Below, in pieces: positions 50,517 through 59,600 of a DNA stretch of 64,000 nt. A model generated the notes under the pieces. It saw nothing but the letters and a program-made list of their open reading frames with translations. It searched no databases and was not told where the DNA came from. This DNA comes from Thermoanaerobaculia bacterium (GTDB taxonomy: Bacteria > Acidobacteriota > Thermoanaerobaculia > Multivoradales > SZUA-115). Each line of letters starts with the position of its first letter. Position 1 is the stretch's first letter. The stretch lies in the NCBI GenBank assembly GCA_046331405.1, contig JAXLQX010000001.1, positions 576,471-640,470 on the forward strand, written 5' to 3'. The translations under genes and the position numbers were made by a program.

Positions 50517-53500
50517 GTGGAACGCCCACCACCGGCTATCGTCTCTCGCCTCTCCAGCGCCGGCTCTGGCGCGTCCTCGAGCCAGGGGAGCAGGCCCTCA
50601 CCCGGCTGGAGCTGGAGGTTCGTGGCCGGTTGGAGCCGCAGACGCTGCTTGCCGCGGCGAGGCAGGTGGCGGCTCGCCACGAGGCCCTGCGCACGAGCTA
50701 CTCCCTGCCGGCGGGGTTCCGCGTGCCCTTCCAGGTGGTGGCGCCGGAGCCAGCCGTGGCGATGAACGAGCACGCGAGCTCCGTGCAGACGGGGCTCGGC
50801 TTGCGCTTCGAGGAGCTCGGGCCCGCGCACTTCCGGCTCGAGCTTTCCGCCCCGGCCCTCGGCTGCGATGCCGAGAGCCTGGCCACGGTGGCGGGCGAGC
50901 TGCTGCATCTGGCGGCCGGCGGCGGCGCCGAGGACCTCGCCCCGGAGCCCCTCCAGTACGTGGACTTCTCGGAGTGGCAGCACGAGCAGCTGGAGCAGGG
51001 GGACCCGGCGCTGGCCGTCGCCCGGAGCTTCTGGCAGGAAGTAGAGCTCGCGCCGCTCCAGGCCCTCAGCCTGCCGTTCGAGCTTGCCGCCCGCAGCGCC
51101 GGGGGAGGCAGGGCGAGCGAGCGGCTGCAACGCCGCCTCGAAGGCGAAGATCTGGCCGCGGCCCGAGAGCTCGAGGCCCGCCTGGGCTCGAGGCCGGGGG
51201 CGCTGGCCCTCGCCGTCTGGCTGATCTGGCTCGAGCAGCGCTGCCGGCTGGCGGCGCCGACCACGTCGATCCGGCTGGAGGGCCGCAACCTGCCCGAGCT
51301 GGAGGGGGCAGTAGGCCTCTTCGCCCGCTGGCTGCCCCTGGTCCACCGCGCCCCGGAGAGCCTGCGCTTCGCCGAGCTGGTGAGCCGGGTCTCGAAGGCC
51401 CTGGGCGAGGCCGGGGGGCATCAGGGCGGCTTCGCCTGGCCGGAGACCGAGGGCGAGGAACCAGCTACGCCGCGGGTGGGCTTCGCCCGCCTCGGCCTGC
51501 CCGCCTTCTCCCTGCCGGGCCTCGAGGCCCGCGCCACAGGGCTCGAGAGCGCGCCAGAGGGCCAAGCGCTGGTGCTCGAGGTGCTGGAGAGCGACGAGGC
51601 CTGGCAGCTCGGCTTCCGGTTCGACCCGTCACGGCTGCTCCAAGAGGACGTGGCGATGGCCGCCGGCGAGTGGCTGGAGCTGCTCGGCCAGGGGCTCCGC
51701 CGGCCGGACACCCCGCTCGGCCGCCTTTCGCTGCTCGGCAGCGAGGCTCGCTCGAGCCTGCTCCAGAGCTGGCGCGGGGCAGGCCGCTCGGCCGAGCCCC
51801 GGGCGTCTCTGCCCGAGCAGATCTTCGCCGCGGCCCGTGAAGTGCCGGATCGCGTGGCGGTGGTCTTCGAGAGCGAGTTCTTGAGCTACGGTGCGCTCGC
51901 CCGTGGAGCCGAGGCTCTGGCCGCCCGGCTCGATGGGCAGGGCCCGGAGTCGGTGGTGGGGCTCTGCCTGGAGCGCTCGACCGAGCTCATGGCCGGCCTC
52001 CTGGGAATCTGGCGAGCCGGGGCTGCCTACTGCCCGATCGACCCGGCCCAGCCGCGCGAGCGCCTCCGCCGCCTGATGGAGGACCTCCGGGCCCCGGCGG
52101 TGGTGACTTCGGCCGAGCTCGCCCCCCGACTCGAAGCGGCCGGCGGGCGGCCGGTGGTGATCGGCGAGGTGAGCCCGAGCCCGGCGCCGCTTCGCAAGCT
52201 CGCTCCAGAGCCGAGCTCCCTCGCCTACGTGATCTTCACTTCGGGTTCCACGGGCCGGCCCAAGGGGGTGGCGGTGGAGCATCGCCAGCTCGCCCACTAC
52301 GTGGCCGCGGCCCGGGCCGCCCTCGACCTGCCCGCCGGGGCAAGCTACGCCTCGGTGTCCACCCTGGCCGCCGACCTCGGCAACACGGCGATCTTCCCGG
52401 CGCTGGCGAGCGGCGGCACCCTCCACCTGCTCTCGCTCGAGCGGGCGGCCGATGCCGAGGCGTTCACCGGCTACTTCCGGGAGCGGCCGGTCGAGGGCCT
52501 GAAGATCGTGCCCAGCCATCTCGAGGCCGTGCTCGAGGCGGACGCCACGGCGCCGCTGCCGTGGCGCCGCCTGGTGCTGGGCGGCGAAGCCTGCCGCCCC
52601 GAGTGGGCGGCGGCCCTGGCCGGGCGCATGGCCGGGGGGCGGGTGTTCAACCACTACGGCCCCACCGAGACCACCGTGGGCGCGCTCACCGACCCGGTCG
52701 GGCCTTCCCCGGGAGACTCCCGCCTGCGCGCCTGGCCCCTCGGCCGGCCGCTCGAGGGGATGCGTGCCTACCTGCTCGACCGGCGCGGCGAGCCCTTGCC
52801 GCTGTGGGCCCCCGGCGAACTCTTCCTGGCGGGAGACGGGGTGGCTCGCGGCTACCTGGGCCGGCCCGCCCAGACCGCCGAGCGCTTCCTGCCGGACCCG
52901 CTGAGCCCATCGCCCGGCGCTCGCCTCTACCGCACCGGCGACCTCGCCCGCCGCCTGCCGGACGGCCGCATCGAGTTTCTCGGCCGCAGCGACCACCAGG
53001 TGAAGTATCACGGCTTCCGCATCGAGCTGGCCGAGATCCGCGCCGCGCTGAACCAGCACCGGGCGGTGCGCAACAGCGCCATCCGTCTGCTCAAGGACGA
53101 CGCCGGACGCGACGTGCTGGTGGCCTACTACGTGGCGCGCGAGGAGCTGGACCCGGCGGAGCTGCGCACCTTCCTGGGGGAGCACATCCAGGAGGAGACT
53201 CTCCCCGGCTATTTCGTGCACCTGCGCCGGCTGCCCCTCACCCTCAACGGCAAGGTGAACCTCGAGGCCCTGCCGGAGCTCGCCGAGGTGCGCCAGAAAC
53301 TGGCCCGCCACTTCGTGGCTCCCACCACCGAGACCGAGAAAGCCCTGGCGGCGATCTGGGGCGAGCTCCTGGGCCTCAGCCGGGTGGGGGTGGAGGAGAG
53401 CTTCTTCGAGCTGGGCGGGCATTCGCTGCTGGCCACCCGAATGGCCTCCCGGATCCGCCGGGGCTTCGGCGTGGTGCTGCCGCTGCGGGCCCTCTTCGAG

Positions 53501-53647
53501 GCGCCCACCATCGCTCTGCTCGCCCGTCGGGTGGAAGCGGAGCGCGGCACCGCCGCCCCGGCCGAGGTGGTCCTGGTGGCCGAGAGCCTGGACATCGAAG
53601 CCCAGCTCGCCGAGCTCGCCGGGGGCAAACCGGAGGAGGTCGTTTGA
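50513..53647 (+). CDS. NRPS subunit 2: degenerate C-like domain (no HHxxxDG) - A - PCP
   Basis: N-terminus YRLSPLQRRLW...HEALRTSYS is C-like, but the catalytic motif position reads SAPALGCDAES (no His). A domain LAYVIFTSGSTGRPKGV, NHYGPTETTV, YRTGDLA, KYHGFRIELAEIR. PCP FFELGGHSLLATRM. TTGA overlap with the next gene. Confidence 0.85.
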   Translation: MSGTPTTGYRLSPLQRRLWRVLEPGEQALTRLELEVRGRLEPQTLLAAARQVAARHEALRTSYSLPAGFRVPFQVVAPEPAVAMNEHASSVQTGLGLRFEELGPAHFRLELSAPALGCDAESLATVAGELLHLAAGGGAEDLAPEPLQYVDFSEWQHEQLEQGDPALAVARSFWQEVELAPLQALSLPFELAARSAGGGRASERLQRRLEGEDLAAARELEARLGSRPGALALAVWLIWLEQRCRLAAPTTSIRLEGRNLPELEGAVGLFARWLPLVHRAPESLRFAELVSRVSKALGEAGGHQGGFAWPETEGEEPATPRVGFARLGLPAFSLPGLEARATGLESAPEGQALVLEVLESDEAWQLGFRFDPSRLLQEDVAMAAGEWLELLGQGLRRPDTPLGRLSLLGSEARSSLLQSWRGAGRSAEPRASLPEQIFAAAREVPDRVAVVFESEFLSYGALARGAEALAARLDGQGPESVVGLCLERSTELMAGLLGIWRAGAAYCPIDPAQPRERLRRLMEDLRAPAVVTSAELAPRLEAAGGRPVVIGEVSPSPAPLRKLAPEPSSLAYVIFTSGSTGRPKGVAVEHRQLAHYVAAARAALDLPAGASYASVSTLAADLGNTAIFPALASGGTLHLLSLERAADAEAFTGYFRERPVEGLKIVPSHLEAVLEADATAPLPWRRLVLGGEACRPEWAAALAGRMAGGRVFNHYGPTETTVGALTDPVGPSPGDSRLRAWPLGRPLEGMRAYLLDRRGEPLPLWAPGELFLAGDGVARGYLGRPAQTAERFLPDPLSPSPGARLYRTGDLARRLPDGRIEFLGRSDHQVKYHGFRIELAEIRAALNQHRAVRNSAIRLLKDDAGRDVLVAYYVAREELDPAELRTFLGEHIQEETLPGYFVHLRRLPLTLNGKVNLEALPELAEVRQKLARHFVAPTTETEKALAAIWGELLGLSRVGVEESFFELGGHSLLATRMASRIRRGFGVVLPLRALFEAPTIALLARRVEAERGTAAPAEVVLVAESLDIEAQLAELAGGKPEEVV

Positions 53648-56600
53648 GCCTGGAGGGCGCAAGCTCCCTCGAGCGACGGCTCGCCGCGTTGACGCCGCCA
53701 CAGCGCGCGGCTCTCGCCGAGCGCAACCCGCTCTCCTTCGCCCAGGAGCGGATGTGGTTTCTCGACCAGCTCTTCGGTGGCAGCGCCTTCTACCACGGCG
53801 GCGCCGCCCTCTGCCTTCACGGCGAGCTCGAGGTGGCTGCGCTCGCCGCCGCCCTCTCCGAGCTCGCCCGCCGGCACCACGTTCTCCGTTCCGTGTTCCC
53901 GGCGCTCGACGGCGTGCCGGCCCAGCTGGTGCTGCCGGCGGCGGCAGTGGCCCTGCCGGTGGTGGACCTCGCAGCCCTCGCCCCGCTGGATCGTGAGCGG
54001 GCGGCCGCGGCGCTGGCCGCCCACGAGGTGGCCCGCCCCTGCCGGCTGGATCAAGGCCCCGTCTGGCGCCGCCTGCTGCTGCGATTGGCGACACGAGAGC
54101 ACCGGCTGATCGCCACTCTCCACCACATCGCGGCCGACCGCTGGTCCCTGGCCATCCTGGCCCGAGAGCTGGGCGAGCTCTACGCCGCCCGGCTCGCCGG
54201 CCGGCCGGCGGAGCTGCCTTCTCTCCCCGTGCAGTACGGCGACTTCGCCCGCTGGCAGCGTCGCCTGCCTGCCGAGGCGTTCGCGGGGGACCTCGCCTAC
54301 TGGCGAAGCCAGCTCGCCGCCCTGCCGCCGCCCCTCGAGCTGCCGGTGGACCACCCCCGGCCGGCCCGTCCCGGCCTGCGCGGCCGCCGCCACCACCACC
54401 ACCTGGCGGCTGGCCTCGAAGGACGCCTGCAGAGCGTGGCCCGGCGCGAGGGAGCCACGCCATTCATGCTGGTGCTCGCGGCCCTGGCCGCACTGCTGGC
54501 GCGCTGGACGGGCAGCCAGGACGTGCTGCTGGGAAGCCCCCTGGGGGCTCGGGAGCGAGAGGAATTCGAGCCGCTGATCGGCCTCTTCCTCAACACCCTG
54601 CCGCTGCGGCTGCGGCCCGGGCGGGGCCTCAGCTTCCGCCAGCTCCTGGCCGAGGCCGGGCAGGTGGCCCTCGAGGCCCAGGACCACGCTGCCCTTCCCT
54701 TCGAGAAGATCGTCGAGGCCGTCCAGCCGGAGCGCCAGCTCGATCGCAATCCGCTCTTCCAGGTTCTCTTCGCTTACCAGAACGTGCCGCGAGAGCGGTT
54801 GGCTCTGGGCAGCCTCGAGGTGGAGCTGGCGGAAGTGGAGAGGCAGAGCGCCCTCTTCGATCTCTCGCTCTCGTTCGAGGAGGAGGCGGAGGGGCTGAGC
54901 CTCGGGGTGGATTACAGCCGGGACCTCTTCGACGCCACCACCGTGGCGCGGCTGGCCCGGCACCTGGAGCGGCTGCTCACGGCCGCCCTCGAGAACCCGG
55001 AGGAGCGGCTCGAAGCGCTGCCCTGGTTGGCCGCAGCCGAGGAGCACCAGCTGCTCCGGGAGTGGAGCGACACCGCGGTTGCCGGCGATCCGCCCTCCCC
55101 GTTCGAGCTCTTCAGCCTCCAGGTTGCGGCACGGCCGGAGGCGAGCGCCGTTGCCTGCGACGGCGAGGTGCTCAGCTACGGCGAGCTCCACCGCCGGGTC
55201 CGCCGCCTGGCGGCCGCCCTCGAGGGGCAGGGTGTGGGCCCGGGCTCGCGGCTGGGGCTCTATCTCGAGCGCTCGCCCGAGCAGCTCCAGGCCCTGCTGG
55301 CCGCCCTCTGCCAGCGCGCCGCCTACGTACCCCTCGACCCGGCCTTCCCGGCGGAGCGGCTGCGTTTCATGGCCGAGGATGCCGGCCTCGCTGCGATCCT
55401 GGTGGCCGAGCGCGCGGCGGCCCCGCCCGAGTTCGCCGGCAGGTTGCTGGCTCTGGGCGAGCTCGAAGCCCCGGCCGAGGGCCCGGGCGCGGCGCCGGGC
55501 GGCGACTGGCCGGCCTACCTGATCTACACCTCCGGCTCCACCGGGCGGCCGAAAGGCGTGGTGGTACCGGCCTCGGCGGTGAGCAACTTCCTGCTCTCGA
55601 TGGCCGAACGGCCGGGCCTCTCTGCCTGCGAGCGACTGGTGGCGATCACCACGCTCTCCTTCGACATCGCCGTCCTGGAGCTGCTGCTGCCGCTGGTGGT
55701 GGGCGCCCAGGTGGTGCTCGCCCGGCGGGCGACGGCGAGCGACCCTCTGCGCTTGGCCGGGCTCCTGGCCGAGCAGGCGGCCAACGCCCTCCAGGCCACG
55801 CCGGCGACCTGGCGGGCCTTGCTCGAGAGCGGCTGGCAGCCGCCCGCGGGGCTGGCCCTGCTCTGCGGCGGCGAGTCCCTGCCGCTCGAGCTGGCGGAGC
55901 GGCTTTGCCAGGGGGAGAGCTGGCTGTGGAACCTCTACGGCCCCACCGAGACCACCGTGTGGTCCACGCTCGAGCGCTGGCAGCGGGGCGAGCCGAGCGT
56001 TGCCGCGGGCCGGCCGATCGCCAACACCGGGGCCTTTGTGCTGGACCGCGGCGGCCGGCCGCTGCCCGTGGGCGCCCCGGGCGAGCTCGCGCTCGGCGGC
56101 CGCGGCGTGAGCTGGGGCTACAGCGGCCGGCCGACGGCCACCGCCGAGCGTTTCCGGCCGGACCCCTTCGCCGATCGGCCGGGGCAGCGCCTCTACCACA
56201 CCGGGGATCTGGTGCGCCGGGGCCCGGATGGGCGCCTCGAATGGCTCGGCCGGCTGGACCATCAGGTCAAGCTGCGGGGTTTCCGCATCGAATTGGGCGA
56301 GGTGGAGGCGGCGCTCGCGAGCCACCCAGGAGTGGCCCAGGCCGTGGCGCTGGTGATCGGGCCGGAGCCGGCCGCGCTGGTGGGGGTGGTTCGGCCTCGC
56401 CCCGAACAAAGCCCGGCCGGCGCGGCTCTCTTGGCGCATCTCGGCCAACGCCTGCCGGGCTACATGGTGCCGTCGCAGATCGTCCTGGTAGACCCGCTGC
56501 CGCTCACTCCCAACGGCAAAGTGGACCGCCGGGCCCTGGGCGAGCAGGTGGCGACCCTGCGGCGGGGCGCGGCGCCGGAGGAAGGGCCCTCCGGCTCGCA

Positions 56601-59600
56601 GCTCGCCCAGCTGCTGGCGGCGATCTGGGCGGAAGTCCTGGGCCGGGAAGAAGTGGGCGAGCACGAGGACTTCTTCGCCCTCGGCGGACATTCGCTGTTG
56701 GCGGTTCGGCTGGTCGCCCGGCTGCGGGCCACCGTGGCTCCCGGGGCCGAGCTGCGCACCCTGTTCGACCACCCCACTCCCGCGAGTTTCGCCCTGGCGC
56801 TGCCGGCGAGCTCTGGCGAAGTACAACCTCTGGCCCCGATTCCCCGCCTCGAGCGCGGCGGCTTGCTGCCTCTCTCTTCGGCCCAGCAGCGCCTGTGGTT
56901 CCAGGACCAGCTCGAGGGGGAGCTCTCGGCGCTCGCCTTGCCAGCGCCGTTGCGGCTCTCGGGGCCGCTCGACCCGCGCCGAATGTCGACGGCGCTGGGG
57001 GCCCTTGTGGCCCGCCATGAGCTGCTGCGCACCCGCTTCCCGGTCGAGGCCGGGCGAGTGTGGGCGGAGATCACCCCCGCCGGGCCCCTGGCCTTGCCGG
57101 AGGTGGACCTCTCGGGCCTGCCTGCGGCTCGGCGGCCTGCCGAGGGCTCCCGTCTCCTCGCCGTCGACCTGCGAAGGCGCTTCCCGCTCGCAAGCTCGCC
57201 CCCGCTGCGCTGCGCGCTGCTGCGCCTGTCGGCGGCCGAGCACTGGCTGCAGCTCACGCTTCATCACATCGCCGGTGATCTCGGCTCCCTCGCGGTGCTG
57301 CTCCGGGAGCTCTCGGTGCTTTACCGGCAAGGGCAGGAGGCGCTTGCCCCGCTCGAGCTTCAACATGTCGATTTCGCCGCCTGGCAGCGGGGCGTCCTGG
57401 CCGGGCCCGGGCGCGAGGCGGAGCTGGCCTGGTGGCGGAGCACCCTGGAAGACCTGCCGCCGAGCTTCGAGCTGCCGGCCGACCGGCCCCGCCTGCCCGG
57501 CCAGGAGCCGCGAGGCGCCCGGGCGTCCTTCGCGCTCGCTCCCGGGCTGGTGCAGGCGCTGAGGCGCCAGGGCCGAGCCCTGGCGCTCACTCCGTTCATG
57601 CAGTTGGCCACGGGCCTCGCGCTGCTGCTCGGCCGCCTCGGCCGCAGCCGGGATCTGGCCCTGGCGACGCCGGTCGCCGGCCGGGACCGGCCCGAGCTCG
57701 CGGAGATGATCGGCCCGTTGCTCAACACGGTGGCGATCCGGCTGAGCCTCGCAGCCAACCCCACGGTGGCCGAGGCGCTGGCCATCGTGCGCGCTCAGGT
57801 GCTGGGGGCCCTGGCCCACCAGGAGCTGCCCTTCGACGAAGTCGTGACTTCCCTCGGCCTTGCCCGAGGCGGCGGCTCGCCGCCCTGGCTGGCCGCCCTG
57901 CTCGCGGTGCAGAACCTCGCCCTGCCGGCCCTCGACTTCGGCGCGCTCGAGGCCGAGCCGCTCGAGGTGGAAAAGCAAGCCGTGCAGTTCGAGTTGGTGG
58001 CGTTCTTCGCCGAGCGCCAGGGCGGCCTGGCCGGCGGCTTCAACTACCGCAGCGATCTCTTCGACCGCACCACCATCGAGCGCTGGCGAGGTTGGCTCGA
58101 GCGCCTGCTCGAGGGGGTCGCGACCCGGCCGGAGGCGCGGGCCTGGGACCTGCCCTGGTGGAGCCCGGCCGAGCACCAGCAGCTGCTCTGCGAATGGAGC
58201 GAGAGCAGGCGACTGCCCGAGGCGGGCCCCGAGGAGGGGCCCTGGTGCCTCTTCGCCGCCGCCTGCCGGCGGGCCCCGGAACGAGTAGGGGTGGTTTTCG
58301 AGGGCGAACACTGGAGCTATGGGGCGCTCGCCGCCCGGGCCGCCGCCGGCGCCGCCGAGCTCGAGGCCTTCGGAGTGGGGCCGGAGCAGCTGGTGGCGAT
58401 CTGCCTGGAACGCTCGGTGGCGCTCGTGGTCGCCGTGCTCTCGGTGCTCGGGGCCGGGGCGGCCTACGTGCCGCTCGATCCCGCCTGGCCCCGGGAGCGG
58501 CTGGCGAGCCTGCTCACGGAGCTGGGCCATCCCTGGGTGCTGAGCGGTCCCCTCGAGCGGGAGCTCCTGCCGGCCAACGCCCGGGCGCTCGAGCCGGCCC
58601 GAGTGCCAGCTGAGCCTGTGCCGGCCCCGCTGCCCGACGCCCGGCAGCTGGCCTACTTGATCTACACCTCCGGCTCCACCGGCCGGCCCAAGGGCGTGAT
58701 GATCTCCCGCGGCAGCGCTGCCCACCTGGCCCGCTCCCAGGTGGTGGCCTTCGGCCTGGGCGAGGGCGAGCGGGTGCTGCAGTTCTCGGCGATCACCTTC
58801 GACGCTTCGGTTTCGGAGCTGCTCACGGCGTGGGCGGTGGCGGGAACTCTGGTCCTCGGTCGCCGCGAGCAGCTGGCGGATTCGGGGGAGCTCGCCGGGC
58901 TCGCCAGCCGCGAGCGGATCGACCTCGTGACGCTGCCGCCTTCGCTTCTGGCCCGGCTCGCTGCCGGCTCGTTGCCGGCGCAGACCACCCTGGTGGTGGC
59001 CGGCGAGGCCACTTCGGCCGAGTTGGTGGACCGCTGGGCCCCGGGGCGTCGAATGCTCAACGCCTACGGCCCGACCGAGTGCACCGTGGGCGCCACCGTG
59101 GGGCTCTGCGAGGTCGGCGCTGGCGCGCCGCCGGCCCTGGGCCGCCCCACCCGGGGTTACCGGCTGCACGTGGTGGACCCCGGGGGGCAGCTCACGCCCC
59201 CGGGAGCCCCGGGGGAGCTCTGGATCGGCGGCGAGGGAGTGGCCCGGGGCTATTGGCGCCGGCCCGGGGAAACGGCGGCGCGCTTCGTGCCCGACCCCTG
59301 GAGCGGCGAGCCGGGCGCTCGCCTCTACCGCACCGGTGACCTCGGGCGCCAGCTTGCCGATGGCCGCTTGCGCTATCTCGGGCGCATCGATGCCCAGCTC
59401 AAGGTGCACGGTGTGCGCATCGAGCCGGCCGAGATCGAAGCCGCGTTCCTGGCCCATGGGGCCGTGCGCGAGGCGGCCGTGCAGCTCGCCTGGCGCGGCG
59501 CCGAGCGGGTGCTCGTGGCCTATCTGGGGGTGGGGGCGAGTGGGGTGAGCGAAAGCGCGCTGCGCGCCCACCTGGCGGAGCGCCTGCCGCGCACTCTGAT

